Below are positions 17,576 through 27,632 of a stretch of 64,000 nt of DNA, one piece after another; the first letter of the stretch is position 1; each line of letters opens with the position of its first letter. The stretch is from Armatimonadota bacterium (GTDB taxonomy: Bacteria > Armatimonadota > SYMT01), in contig JAWLHY010000006.1 of assembly GCA_041690135.1 (NCBI GenBank), positions 375,778 through 439,777 of the forward strand. Reading direction: 5' to 3'. A model generated the notes under the pieces. The model was not told where the DNA came from. It saw only the letters and a program-made list of their open reading frames with translations, and made no database searches. The position numbers and the translations under genes were made by a program.

Positions 17576-18459
17576 GGCCGCTCCAGGGAGGGAATGGGAC
17601 GGGAAGCCCCAACTTTGGTGCCAAACCGGCCATCCGCGCCGGCGAGCGCGAGGATCACGGAGAGCTGGCCCGACGCCGTATCGACATTGTCGACGGTCGC
17701 GAAGCCCCGCCGGCCCGCCTGTTCAACAGTGCTCGGGAAGGTCTCTTCCGGCTCGGCGACGACGACCCGCAACCCCACCTGCCGGGCGGCGTCCAGGACC
17801 CGAACATCCGGCACTTCGCCAGCCACGACCGCGGTTGCCCGCTCCTCGGAAGGCACGCCCGTGAGGACCAGGAGCCGCCGGAGCGGACGGCGGTAGTCGC
17901 CCCGCAGGGAGATCCCCGTTTCACGGCAGAGCTCCTCCAGGCGTTGCGCCGAATCCCCACGGGAAAGCGCCTTGACCAGCCAGCCCGCGGCCTCGTGGAG
18001 ATGAGGCTCATCCGCACCCTCACCGCTATCCCAAACGGTCGCATAGCGCAGGCGCGCCTCCGGAGAAAGGGAACGCAGTTGATCCGGCACTCGAGCCACG
18101 GGCCCGATCTCCGCTCCCGCCAGCTTGACGGCGGTCTCCAGTTCCCCCCAGAACCGGCGTTCGTCCAGGGCGCCGCAGATGATCACCCCCACCACGGAGC
18201 CCGGCAGGCGGCTGCGCACCGCAAGCGGCAGCAACTCGCGAATAGCCTGATCCTGCCCGGTGAGGCGGCGGCGCACGGCGTCGTTTTCGGTCTGGACGCG
18301 CTGGTTCTCCGTGCGCAGTAATTCGAATTGGTTGCGGAGGCCCTCATACGCCGCGTCCCGCCGGTCGGGGCTTCCCAGCGCGGAACCGGTCATCAGGCCG
18401 ATGGCGAGCGCCAGGAAGATACCGATGAGGGTCAGGCCCAGGTAGCGGAGATCGATCAT
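17572..18459 (-). CDS. steB: SteB/MctB-like (DUF3186, annotated copper transporter) membrane protein
   Basis: MIDLRY...LIGIFLALAIG TM, coiled coil, C-terminal TVDNVDT.SGQ....L...G.FG; follows steA. Confidence 0.8.
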   Translation of the reverse strand: MIDLRYLGLTLIGIFLALAIGLMTGSALGSPDRRDAAYEGLRNQFELLRTENQRVQTENDAVRRRLTGQDQAIRELLPLAVRSRLPGSVVGVIICGALDERRFWGELETAVKLAGAEIGPVARVPDQLRSLSPEARLRYATVWDSGEGADEPHLHEAAGWLVKALSRGDSAQRLEELCRETGISLRGDYRRPLRRLLVLTGVPSEERATAVVAGEVPDVRVLDAARQVGLRVVVAEPEETFPSTVEQAGRRGFATVDNVDTASGQLSVILALAGADGRFGTKVGASRPIPSLERP

Positions 18460-19643
18460 CGCAGACCATGCCTCCGCAGCCAGACCTCGATACTCATCCC
18501 GATGACCCCCAGCCACCGCTGCAAGCCCGCGGAGTTCGCCAGCACGACCAGGATGGGCAGGACGGCGGAGATACACACGCCGGCTACCAGCGAGGGAGAA
18601 AGGCCAGGGCGGTAAAGGCGGGAAAGCCCCTTGGCGTCGACCAGGATGGACCCGACACGCAGCCGCGTGAGGAAGGTACTGGCCATGCCGTGGCGGCGCT
18701 TGTCCAGGAACTCGATCAGGGAAAAATGGGTCCCCACGATGGCGATCAGCGAGGCTCCGCCCTGGTGGGCCAGCAGGAGCGCCACGTCTTCCGAGGTGCC
18801 CGGAGCCGGAAGCAAGTGCCTGGGCAAACCCAGCCGGCTCACCCGCCGGAGACCCGGGCTCTCCCTGCCATCCGTGTAGGTGTGCACCACCAACTCCGCC
18901 CCACAGCGCAGCGCCGCATCCGAGGCACTGTCCATGTCACCGATGATTACGTGGGGTTTGAAACCGGCTTCCAGGAGCGCATCGGCACCGCCATCCACCG
19001 CCACCAGGATGGGATGCTGCTCGCGAATATAGGGAAGAACCCACTGCAGGTCCTGCTTATATCCGGGGCCTCGAACCACCACCAGCACGGACCGGTTGTG
19101 GAACGAGACTTTGAGCGGCGGCATGGGTAGGTCGTCGAAGGCCAGGTCCTTCTCCGACTGCAAATATTCCAGCGTGTTGCGGGCGAACGCTTCCAACTCT
19201 CGGCCGAGGTTTCCCCGCGCCGCCTGGAGCTTTTCGTCCAGAAGCTGCGGAGTGAGGAGCGTGCCCCGCGCTACCAGGCGGTTCTCGACAAAAAGCTCAT
19301 CCCCGCGAATTTCGACGCTCTGGCCCTCTGCGAGCGTCTCCATCAACTCCGGACCGCATGCATCCAGGAGCGGCACTCCCGCTTCCAGCAGGATGCCGGG
19401 GCCGCCGTTGGGATAGCGACCGGTGACGCTCGGCGCGGCATTCACTACCGCCCGGGGACGACGTTCCAGCAGCGCGTAAGCGGCGGCGGCGTCGAGGTCG
19501 GCGTGGTCGATGACGGCGATCTCGCCCTCCCGCAGGCGCGGGCAGAGGTTTTTGGTCCGCCGGTCGACGCGGACGCGGCCGGAAAGCCGCCCGTCAGTGA
19601 GCGACAGGCTGCTGTCCGGCCGCTGCCAACAGCTCGCGAGCAT
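18456..19643 (-). CDS. steA: SteA-like cytokinetic ring protein (thiamine pyrophosphokinase-like domain); start uncertain
   Basis: RVDRRTKNL, IDHADLD, GRYPN.GP, FARNTLEY, AVDGGADAL, IIGDMDS, GTSED.A, GMASTFLTRL.VG..LVDAKG. Confidence 0.85.
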   Translation of the reverse strand: MLASCWQRPDSSLSLTDGRLSGRVRVDRRTKNLCPRLREGEIAVIDHADLDAAAAYALLERRPRAVVNAAPSVTGRYPNGGPGILLEAGVPLLDACGPELMETLAEGQSVEIRGDELFVENRLVARGTLLTPQLLDEKLQAARGNLGRELEAFARNTLEYLQSEKDLAFDDLPMPPLKVSFHNRSVLVVVRGPGYKQDLQWVLPYIREQHPILVAVDGGADALLEAGFKPHVIIGDMDSASDAALRCGAELVVHTYTDGRESPGLRRVSRLGLPRHLLPAPGTSEDVALLLAHQGGASLIAIVGTHFSLIEFLDKRRHGMASTFLTRLRVGSILVDAKGLSRLYRPGLSPSLVAGVCISAVLPILVVLANSAGLQRWLGVIGMSIEVWLRRHGLR

Positions 19644-21279
19644 GTTGTGCAGCCGTCGCTTCCGACCCACCGAGCATTCGCGCGAGTTCGCCAACGCGGG
19701 CCTCTCCGTCCAGTGTGCTGACTTCAACTGTCGTCCGGTCGCCGGACACTTGCTTCCGAACCCGTAAATGCTGCACCGCCATACACGCGATCTGCGGTAG
19801 ATGAGTGACGCACAGCACCTGATTACTCCGACTCAGTTCGGCGATCTTGTTCCCCAACGCCTCCGCGGTCTTTCCGCCCACCCCGGTATCGATCTCATCG
19901 AAGATCAGTGCCACGGGATGGCTTCCGGCCATGACGGTCTTCAAGGCCAGCATCACGCGGGACATTTCCCCACCCGAAGCGATCTTCGAGAGCGGCCGGA
20001 GGGGCTCGCCCGGATTCGCGGAGATCATGAATTCCGCTTTGCCCAACACCGCGGTCGGTCCCTTTTCCCAGTTCTCCGCGGCCGGCGCGGGCGGCAGGAG
20101 CCGTACCGCGAACTGTGTGCCCGCCATGTTGAGATCGGCAAGGTGACCGGCAATCTCGTGCTGGAACCGCTCCGAGGCGGCTGAGCGTGCAGCATAGAGG
20201 TTCGCTGCTTCTGAGTCTACCTGCGCGCCCAGCTCCCGGAAACGAGTTTCCAGCTCTTCTCGGCGTTCCTCGCTATGCGTGAGCCGGTCCAGCTCGCCGG
20301 CGATCCGGTCGCGGTAGGCCAGAATGTCTTCCGCGGAATCGCCGTACTTCCGCTTCAGGTTGCGGTAGAGGTCGAGCCGCTCCTGTACCTGCTCCAGGCG
20401 CTCGGGATTGAACTCGATGCTCTCCACGTAGTCCCGCAGTTCAGACGCAGCTTCCTGGGCGACGGTAACGGCCGTCTCCAGCAACTCACGAATCCGGGCA
20501 GCCTGCTCGTCCAGCGACGCGGCCCCATCCAACTCGCGCGCGGCCGCCCCCAGAAGGTCCAGCGCGGACACCTCCGCCCCGCCGAGCGCCTCTCGAGCGG
20601 CGGACCCGGCGGCGTACAGTTTCTCGGCATTCGCCAGGCGGGTGCGGTCCGTCAGGAGTTCCTCTTCCTCACCGGGCTCGATCTTTGCGGCGTCGATTTC
20701 CTCCACCTGGAACTGGTAGAGGTCGAGACGGTGGGCGCGCTCCCGCTCTCCGGTCAACAGCTCATCCAGTTCTTTCCGGACCGACCGCAGGTCCGCATAG
20801 AGAGCCTGGGCACGCCGCCGGTGCTCCAAGACGCTTCCGGAGGCCCAGTTGTCGAGAAACTCCACATGCCGGTCCGGATTGAGCAGCGATTGATGGTCGT
20901 GCTGACCGTGAATATCGATGAGATCCGTGGCCAGTTCGCGGACGGTACTCGCCGTGCACATCCGTCCGTTAACACGGAACGTGGAGCGACCGGAGGCGCT
21001 GATCTCGCGCCCCAGAATGATCAGGCCGTCCTCCGCCCACTCTTGCACGGCGGCCAGCGAGTACTCCCCCACCTCGAAGACGGCTTCGATCGAGGCGCGG
21101 TCGGCACCCGTACGGATCAGTTCCACGCTGGCCCGCTCCCCGAGTGCCGCCGTAATGGCGTCGATGAGAATCGACTTCCCGGCCCCGGTCTCGCCGGTGA
21201 GAGCATTGAAGCCGCGCCGGAACTCCAGGGTCAGCGAGTCGATGAGCGCAAAGTTGCGGATGGTGAGCTGGGCGAGCAT
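19594..21279 (-). CDS. recN: DNA repair protein RecN
   Basis: ML..L.I.NFALI, TGETGAGKS, HGQHDHQ, ASGGEMSR, FDEIDTG, VTHLPQ. Confidence 0.96.
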   Translation of the reverse strand: MLAQLTIRNFALIDSLTLEFRRGFNALTGETGAGKSILIDAITAALGERASVELIRTGADRASIEAVFEVGEYSLAAVQEWAEDGLIILGREISASGRSTFRVNGRMCTASTVRELATDLIDIHGQHDHQSLLNPDRHVEFLDNWASGSVLEHRRRAQALYADLRSVRKELDELLTGERERAHRLDLYQFQVEEIDAAKIEPGEEEELLTDRTRLANAEKLYAAGSAAREALGGAEVSALDLLGAAARELDGAASLDEQAARIRELLETAVTVAQEAASELRDYVESIEFNPERLEQVQERLDLYRNLKRKYGDSAEDILAYRDRIAGELDRLTHSEERREELETRFRELGAQVDSEAANLYAARSAASERFQHEIAGHLADLNMAGTQFAVRLLPPAPAAENWEKGPTAVLGKAEFMISANPGEPLRPLSKIASGGEMSRVMLALKTVMAGSHPVALIFDEIDTGVGGKTAEALGNKIAELSRSNQVLCVTHLPQIACMAVQHLRVRKQVSGDRTTVEVSTLDGEARVGELARMLGGSEATAAQHARELLAAAGQQPVAH

Positions 21280-21407
21280 TCGGGAAGCGGGATGCGTAGT
21301 GCGGTACTGCTTATTGTGTAAGAGACGTGCGAGGTGACGGCGGAGACGGGGGCTCCCCATCAATCCTCGGAGTATTGCTACTTGCCGTGTTCCGGCGGCT
21401 CCGCATG

Positions 21408-22277
21408 TTAGCTGCCGAAGCGCTCGCCAAGCCGGAGGCGGGTCTGGACTTTCTTGTAGAAGTTGGCTCCGTCCAGGGAGATGAACCGCCCCTGGAGAGG
21501 ACTCCGGAAGAAGCTGACTTCGTCTTGGGACTCGAGGGCGTAGCTGACCTGCCCATCCACCGTTACCTGGACCACGTCCCGCTCACTGCTTTCGAGCCCA
21601 ACATGTATCGTATCCGCAGTCTCCACGAGAAGACTACGCACATTCAGCGTGTGGGGACAAATCGGAGTAAGGACCAGAGCGGGAATAGACGGGTGGACCA
21701 GGGGCCCGCCGGCCGCCAGGTTGTACGCCGTAGACCCGGTGGGGGTGGAGACGATGATGCCATCGGCGGCATAGGTGGCGATATAGGTATCGGCCACCTC
21801 CACGCGCAGTTTCAGCATCCGCTGTTGCCCCCGGATGACGAGGTCGTTCAGGCCGTGCAACTCCGCCACCTGGGTACCGTCGCGCACGACCCGCACGGCG
21901 GCCATCAGCCGCGACTCTACCCGATAGGCTCCCGCCAGTACCGCTTCCATGGCCGCTCCCGCACTGGCGGGGATGGTTTCGGTCAAGAATCCAAAGCTGG
22001 CCGGCCCCCCCGCATGGATACCCAGGATCGGCGTACCATGCGGAGCCGCAAGGCGGTTCGCCGCGAGCAGCGTTCCGTCGCCGCCCAGGGCTACCAGGAG
22101 GTCGGTATGGCCTACATCCCCGTCATCGCCCTCGGAGGGAGAGAAGCCCAGCACCCTTTCCAGGTCGGCGGCAAGCCGGACCCGAACACGGCGCTCTTGC
22201 AGAAAACGCAAGAGGTCGGCGGCACACTGTACCGCCGCCTCTCGCTGGCAATTGGCAATTATGCCTACGTTTTGCAC
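21408..22277 (-). CDS. nadK: NAD(+) kinase
   Basis: LGGDGTLL, GFL, ND, DGIIVSTPTGSTAYNLAAGGP, TPICPH. Confidence 0.95.
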   Translation of the reverse strand: MQNVGIIANCQREAAVQCAADLLRFLQERRVRVRLAADLERVLGFSPSEGDDGDVGHTDLLVALGGDGTLLAANRLAAPHGTPILGIHAGGPASFGFLTETIPASAGAAMEAVLAGAYRVESRLMAAVRVVRDGTQVAELHGLNDLVIRGQQRMLKLRVEVADTYIATYAADGIIVSTPTGSTAYNLAAGGPLVHPSIPALVLTPICPHTLNVRSLLVETADTIHVGLESSERDVVQVTVDGQVSYALESQDEVSFFRSPLQGRFISLDGANFYKKVQTRLRLGERFGS

Positions 22278-22295
22278 GGGAAGGGCGCGACCCGA

Positions 22296-23918
22296 CTATT
22301 GACTGCCGCTCTTATCGAGCTGCTGGAGGTTCTTCCGGGCGTCCGCAAAATTCGGATCGATCTGGAGCGCCTTCTGATAGCACTGCTTGGCCAGATCCTT
22401 TTGGCCCTGGCGATCGTAAGCCGCGCCCAGATTGTTATGCGCCACCGCGAGGCGAGGGTTGGCGTCGATCGCCTGCTTATAGACCGTTACCGCTTCCTCG
22501 ATCTTCCCTTGCTTCTCCAGGGCGAAACCCAGGTTGTTGAGCGACGTAGCATCTTTGGAGTCGAGCTTGACGATCTCCCGGTACTCGGCCACGGCCGCGT
22601 CGTAGCGTGGCTGCTTGTGGTTCAGGTACGCGGAGGCGAGGAGTCGGCGCGTGGCCGCATCGGTGGGGTCCAGCTTGGCGGCTTCCCGGTAGTGTTCGAT
22701 GGCCTTATCGGCATTCCCGAGTTGCTCCTGCACCAGTCCAAGATTGGCATGGGTGCTCTGGAGCGCGCGGTCGTCCGGCGCGGCCTGCAGTGCCTTGCCG
22801 TACCAGTTGGCCGCTTCCTGATAGCGCTTCGCGGAAAGGTTCACCCAGCCCAGGGCGCTGAGGGCGCGGTGATCCGTGGGGCGAAGTTTCACGGCTTCCG
22901 TCAGGTGAGTTACGGCCGGGGAGAAGCTGGCGGGGGTCGCCGGGTTGGCCTGACGGGCCTGCAGCACGCCCAGGTTATAGCGTGGGATGAATTCCTTGGG
23001 CCGGAGATTCACCGCCGCCGTATAAGCGGCGACCGCTTCCGCAGTCTGCCCCCGGTTCTGGTACTCTTCAGCCAGGGCCAACTGGCTGTTGTAGTCCCCC
23101 TTGTCCAATTGAACCGCGCGCTTCAGTGCCTGGAGGGCGAGATCTCCCTTGCCCTCCTGCTTGCGGGCAGCCAGGCCGAGGTTGCGCTGGAAAACGGCGT
23201 TGTTCGGGTCCTTCTCGGCCGCGCGCTGATAATGCAGCACCGCCTTCTCGATCGGCACGGTGGCCGGATCTTGCGTGTGCATGCGCTCATACACGTAGCC
23301 CAGGTTGTTCTGGATCAGCGGGTCTTCCGGATCCTGCTGCGAGGCGGCCACGAACGCTTCCTGGGCTGCCGCGAGCTCGCCCTTTTTCACCAGGGCATTA
23401 CCGAGGTTGTAATAGAGATCGGCGTGCTTGCCGGGCTTGTCCTTGACCAATTCCACGGCCTGCCGATACGCTTCGATCGCCGCATCGGTATCGCCCTTGG
23501 CCAGGTAAGCGTTGCCGAGGTTGTTATACGTCTCGGGGTTATTCGGGCCCAGGGAAATGGAGCTGCGGAAATGGCGAATGGCGTCGTCGTGACGGCCCTT
23601 CTTGAAATGGATGAAGCCCAGCCATGACTGAATGATGGGGTCGCGCGGATCCCCGGTTTCGGCTTCGCGGAACTGGACCAGGGCCTCGTCGAGCTTGCCG
23701 GCCCGGTAAAGGTCCATGCCGCGGGTGAAAGGATCCTTGGCAGTCGTACCCGGTGAAGCGGGTTTGGCGGCGACGGGATTGGCGGCGGCCGGCTTCTTGG
23801 TGGACTTCACCGGCGCCGCATGCGTGGGCGCGGCAGCCACGAGGGGGGCGACTACTAACAACGCGGAGATGCCGACACAGGATTTCTTTGGGGCGCTCCG
23901 GCGGCGGAACTTGCTCAT
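22296..23918 (-). CDS. Secreted tetratricopeptide repeat protein
   Basis: Signal peptide, Pro/Ala/Lys linker, many TPR units (YNNLG..Y...G...A...Y..A). Confidence 0.9.
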   Translation of the reverse strand: MSKFRRRSAPKKSCVGISALLVVAPLVAAAPTHAAPVKSTKKPAAANPVAAKPASPGTTAKDPFTRGMDLYRAGKLDEALVQFREAETGDPRDPIIQSWLGFIHFKKGRHDDAIRHFRSSISLGPNNPETYNNLGNAYLAKGDTDAAIEAYRQAVELVKDKPGKHADLYYNLGNALVKKGELAAAQEAFVAASQQDPEDPLIQNNLGYVYERMHTQDPATVPIEKAVLHYQRAAEKDPNNAVFQRNLGLAARKQEGKGDLALQALKRAVQLDKGDYNSQLALAEEYQNRGQTAEAVAAYTAAVNLRPKEFIPRYNLGVLQARQANPATPASFSPAVTHLTEAVKLRPTDHRALSALGWVNLSAKRYQEAANWYGKALQAAPDDRALQSTHANLGLVQEQLGNADKAIEHYREAAKLDPTDAATRRLLASAYLNHKQPRYDAAVAEYREIVKLDSKDATSLNNLGFALEKQGKIEEAVTVYKQAIDANPRLAVAHNNLGAAYDRQGQKDLAKQCYQKALQIDPNFADARKNLQQLDKSGSQ

Positions 23919-23969
23919 CGATGGCTCCTCCTACACACGCCAGGTGGCCGTGCAAGCCAGACCGTTTCT

Positions 23970-23978
23970 AGTATACCA
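23970..23978 (-). promoter_or_regulatory. Extended -10 promoter for the TPR-nadK-recN operon
   Basis: TGgTATACT upstream of AGGAGG-ATG 23918. Confidence 0.55.
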
Positions 23979-24017
23979 CTGGGAGTCGGCCAGATACTAC
24001 CCTGCTACGCTCTCCCC

Positions 24018-24247
24018 TCACACCTTCCCGGTCATTCGCCTCCATGCCCGTCCACCAATGGCAGCGGGGCCTAGCGTATGTACGCCAGCATGCAAAATTT
24101 CCCCGCCAGGAGTTTCACTCCGCCGGCCCCCGGGTAAATCCGGACCAGATGGGACGCGACGGGCACAAGTTTTGGAGCCAGCGCGGACATGGACAGGCAG
24201 GGCAGGTGATGGGATAGCCCCGGCGGGAGCGCCGGGGCCCTTTTTTT
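24018..24247 (+). ncRNA. Candidate small transcript (structured sRNA or 57-aa sORF)
   Basis: TGcTACGCT at 24003-24011, nested complementary segments, intrinsic terminator at 24217-24247. Confidence 0.3.
24217..24247 (+). terminator. Rho-independent terminator on + strand
   Basis: gccccggcg-ggag-cgccggggc followed by cc and T7. Confidence 0.75.
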
Positions 24248-24290
24248 GCTTCGCGGATTAAGGTAAGGATTACGATTAGGATAAGGAAGA
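24248..24290. repeat. GAT(T/A)AG hexamer tract with gcttcgcggatta anchor (same family as 12771-12953)
   Basis: gcttcgcggattaaggtaaggattacgattaggataaggaaga. Confidence 0.7.
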
Positions 24291-24453
24291 GTGGGGTGCG
24301 GATGCAGGGCTGAGTTCGTTTCGTAATTCTCGCCTTCCGCCGGATCTCGCCATTCTCCGCCGGCCCGTTCTTGTCCCCGGATTCAAATCCGGGGCTGACT
24401 GACCGAAGACCGCCTGCGCGGTCTGGGCCGCTCCGGAAGCGACGCGTCCTCTT

Positions 24454-24488
24454 GCCTTCCGCCTTCTGCCAACAGCTTTCTGCCTTCA
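24454..24488. repeat. GCCTTCT-type heptamer tandem repeat
   Basis: gccttcc gccttct gccaaca gctttct gccttca. Confidence 0.75.
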
Positions 24489-24569
24489 GGCCGCGTGTTG
24501 CACGGATCTGCACACTTTTGCACGCGTGGGAAAAATTCGGGTGCATCCGGCGGGCGTAGGTGGGCCGGT

Positions 24570-26006
24570 TCAGTCTCCTTCGTCGCGGTCGGTAAAGAGA
24601 TCGTCTTCCAGGGCAGAGTCCATGTCCGGGGCGGCGGGTTCCACCAGGCCTTCGTGGATGGCGTCGCGGAGGTGAGAGACGGCGGCGACCTTGAGGCCCT
24701 CGGGAGCGCCGCGGCCGGTCGTGGGACCGGCAACAAGGGCGCGCGTGAATCCCATCCGCGCGGCTTCCTTGAGACGGCGGTCCATCTGATGGACGGAGCG
24801 AACCTCACCCGACAGGCCGATTTCACCCGCGAGGACCGCGGTTTGGTCGACGGGGCGGTCTCGGTGACTGCTGGCCAGGGCCAGGGCCACCCCCAGGTCC
24901 ACGGCTGGCTCCACGATCTTCAACCCGCCCGCGACGTTCACGTAGACATCCTTATCGCTCATCCGGAGCCCGCAGCGTTTCTCCAACACCGCCAGGATCA
25001 TGGAAAGACGGTTGGGGTCGATCCCGGTGGCCGTCCGCCGTGGCGCCGAGAGATAGGACCGGGCTACCAGCGCCTGGACTTCGACAAGCAGCGGGCGCGT
25101 GCCTTCGATAATGCCGACCACCGCGCTGCCGGGGGCATGTTCCGGCCGCTGGGCCAGGAAGAGCTCGCTGGCGCCGGCGACTTCCCGCAAGCCGAGGTCG
25201 CTCATCTCGAAGAGCCCGATCTCGTCCGTTGAGCCGAACCTGTTCTTCACCGCTCGCAGAATTCGGAACGACTGGAAGCGGTCGCCCTCGAAGTAGAGGA
25301 CGGTATCCACCATGTGCTCCAACACCCGCGGCCCGGCGAGGGTCCCCTCTTTGGTGACGTGGCCCACCAGAAATACCGTAGTGTTCGTCGCCTTGGCGAG
25401 GCGCATCAGGCGAGAGCAGCAGGCGCGCACCTGACTCACCGTGGCCGCGGCGGAAGCGAGCGCCGGATCAAGAACGGTCTGAATCGAGTCGATGACGAGG
25501 AAGCGGGGGTTCAGGTTACGAGCGTGCGCCTCGATGATTTCGATGTCGGTCTCGGCCGCCAGGTAGAGCTGTGGCACCAGGGTATCGAGACGTTCGGCCC
25601 GAAGACGGACCTGCTGCGCCGACTCTTCCCCGGTGACGTACAGCATCAGGTCCCCCTGCGCGGCAACCTGCCCCGCAACCTGCATCAGGAGAGTGGACTT
25701 GCCGATCCCCGGATCGCCCCCGATCAGCACGAGCGAGCCCGGCACGATGCCGCCCCCGAGCACGCGATCGAACTCCCCAATCCCGGAGGGAACCCTCCGC
25801 CAGGCTTCCATAGGAATGGAAGAAATCGGTTGGGGCGCGGCGGCCGAGCCGTTCCAGGAGGTCGAGCGAGCCGCCGCGGCCGGGCGCTCAACCACGACCT
25901 CCTCGAGGAGGCTGTTCCAGGCGCCGCAGTCGGGGCAGCGTCCAAGCCAGCGGGAGGCCTCGTGGCCGCACTTCTGGCAGATATGTCGGGTTTGTGTCTT
26001 GGCCAT
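24570..26006 (-). CDS. radA: DNA repair protein RadA/Sms
   Basis: C4 zinc finger CQKC...CPDC, GDPGIGKST, IDSIQT, KNRFG, Lon-like C-terminus. Confidence 0.97.
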   Translation of the reverse strand: MAKTQTRHICQKCGHEASRWLGRCPDCGAWNSLLEEVVVERPAAAARSTSWNGSAAAPQPISSIPMEAWRRVPSGIGEFDRVLGGGIVPGSLVLIGGDPGIGKSTLLMQVAGQVAAQGDLMLYVTGEESAQQVRLRAERLDTLVPQLYLAAETDIEIIEAHARNLNPRFLVIDSIQTVLDPALASAAATVSQVRACCSRLMRLAKATNTTVFLVGHVTKEGTLAGPRVLEHMVDTVLYFEGDRFQSFRILRAVKNRFGSTDEIGLFEMSDLGLREVAGASELFLAQRPEHAPGSAVVGIIEGTRPLLVEVQALVARSYLSAPRRTATGIDPNRLSMILAVLEKRCGLRMSDKDVYVNVAGGLKIVEPAVDLGVALALASSHRDRPVDQTAVLAGEIGLSGEVRSVHQMDRRLKEAARMGFTRALVAGPTTGRGAPEGLKVAAVSHLRDAIHEGLVEPAAPDMDSALEDDLFTDRDEGD

Positions 26007-26379
26007 GAGCAGTGTAAATTAGCAAACTCGCGTTTGATTATACATCAATGCCAGTGGCGTGTCGCGCGGCAAACCTAATCGGCACGCCACACTCTTCCGA
26101 AGGGCCGGCCCCGGTCAACCCGTGTGGCTATTGGGCCAGCCTCTCTATTTTTTATAATGAATGTCATTAACACCAATGATAGTGTGTGTCTTTAGAATTT
26201 AATAAGAAGGAGCTTCTCCTGCGCATGTGAAACGATTAGACGGCGCGTATCGGAAGTGGCGAAGTTGCAACGAGGGTAACTCCGGGTTCCAGGCTTGCCC
26301 TAAGGCCGGATTGAGCTCTCTTCAAGCCGGCACATCCGGAATGCGCCGGCTGCTATGTCGACAGAAGAAAGGACTTCTG

Positions 26380-26676
26380 ATGCGATCTCTCAGACGCTTG
26401 TCGCTGGCGAGCGTAGCAATCAGCATCGTCGCAATTCTCACAGCGGGCTGCCAGGGTAGCGCCAAACAACCCTCCGCCCAAAGCCAACAACTGATGATGC
26501 AGAACTATCAACAACGGCAAGGAAATGCGCCTGGTCCAGGAGGGTCCCTCCGCGTAGGTAGCGGGATGGGCAGGATGAACGGCCCGGGCGGCGGCTCCAA
26601 TAGTCCCGCGGGCGGGATGAACGGTCCCGGAGGCGGGATGAACGGTCCGGTTGGGGGAATGAACGGCCCGCGGTGA
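26380..26676 (+). CDS. Small lipoprotein with GGMNGP repeats
   Basis: SD AAAGGA, lipobox LTAGC, four MNGP repeats (21-nt DNA units). Confidence 0.7.
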   Translation: MRSLRRLSLASVAISIVAILTAGCQGSAKQPSAQSQQLMMQNYQQRQGNAPGPGGSLRVGSGMGRMNGPGGGSNSPAGGMNGPGGGMNGPVGGMNGPR

Positions 26677-26730
26677 TCTACGCCAGGTCTCCCTCACTCT
26701 TAAGCGCTCGTATCCAACTAAGGAGGACAG

Positions 26731-27528
26731 ATGTTAGCAAAGAAGCTGCGTGCGCGAGGTTTTACGCTCATTGAGCTGCTGGTGGTGATAGCCATCATTG
26801 CTATACTAGCAGCAATTCTTTTCCCCGTTTTCGCGCAAGCGCGCGAGGCGGCACGGAAGTCATCCTGCCAGAGCAACCTGAAGCAACTGGGAAATGCCGT
26901 CGCGATGTACACCAACGACTACGACGGCTACACCATCAACGGTGGTGGTGATTGTCACGGAGCCGCCCCTGGGAGCGGGTGTAGTCGGCAAAACCCACAG
27001 CCGACACTGCAGTGGCAGTGGGTGATCCAACCCTACGTCAAGAATTGGAATGTCTACCGGTGCCCCAGCGATCCCCGCAGCATCGTCAACATTCCCGTGA
27101 GCTACGGCGTGAACAACTGGGCGCTTCGGAGCCTCAGCAACCCGGGCGGCGTTAACGAATCCGCCATACCTTCGCCGGCGGAAACCGTCGCGCTGGCGGA
27201 AGGCGGCAACGGTGGCTGGACGGATAATGCGGGAAACGGCTCGACGGATGCTATGCGGATGATCGGCGACTACACGATCTGGACCACCTGGGATCGGGTG
27301 GCGCACGATCAGGACGACTGGAACTGGAGTGATAAGCTGCCCCGTCACGGGGACGGCAACAACTACCTGTTCTACGACGGACACGTGAAGTTCTTCGTGA
27401 ACAAGCGGCCGAAGGATGCCGGTTGTAAGATGGGCAATAATCTGCCCTGGCGGTTCATGGCCGGCGCCAATGGTGGAAACTGGGCCTGGGAAGGCTCTCC
27501 CAGCCCCTGCGGCACCCCAACCCCGTAA
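26731..27528 (+). CDS. DUF1559 prepilin-type N-terminal cleavage/methylation protein with H-X9-DG motif
   Basis: [60 protein letters not shown]; SD AAGGAGG. Confidence 0.93.
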   Translation: MLAKKLRARGFTLIELLVVIAIIAILAAILFPVFAQAREAARKSSCQSNLKQLGNAVAMYTNDYDGYTINGGGDCHGAAPGSGCSRQNPQPTLQWQWVIQPYVKNWNVYRCPSDPRSIVNIPVSYGVNNWALRSLSNPGGVNESAIPSPAETVALAEGGNGGWTDNAGNGSTDAMRMIGDYTIWTTWDRVAHDQDDWNWSDKLPRHGDGNNYLFYDGHVKFFVNKRPKDAGCKMGNNLPWRFMAGANGGNWAWEGSPSPCGTPTP

Positions 27529-27572
27529 AGGCCCTGTCTCGAGTGTTCGCAGACGCTCGAGCAACACAAGCT

Positions 27573-27609
27573 CGGTAGGGAGCAGCGGCAGCGCAACTGC
27601 TCCCTACCG
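27573..27609. terminator. 13-bp stem hairpin after the pilin-like gene (GTAG...CTAC ends)
   Basis: cggtagggagcag-N11-ctgctccctaccg; a second hairpin ctcgagtgtt/gacgctcgag just upstream. Confidence 0.55.
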
Positions 27610-27632
27610 CCAATTAACCGAGAAGTAATCGG

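Noticed and set aside
21280-21407. LexA/SOS box upstream of recN or radA
   Set aside because: No GAAC-N4-GTTC or CTGT-N8-ACAG match found by eye
26225-26241. LacI-type operator (tgtgaaacgattaga) upstream of the pilin cluster
   Set aside because: Only the central AAnCGnTT matches; outer palindrome positions do not, and no LacI gene is nearby
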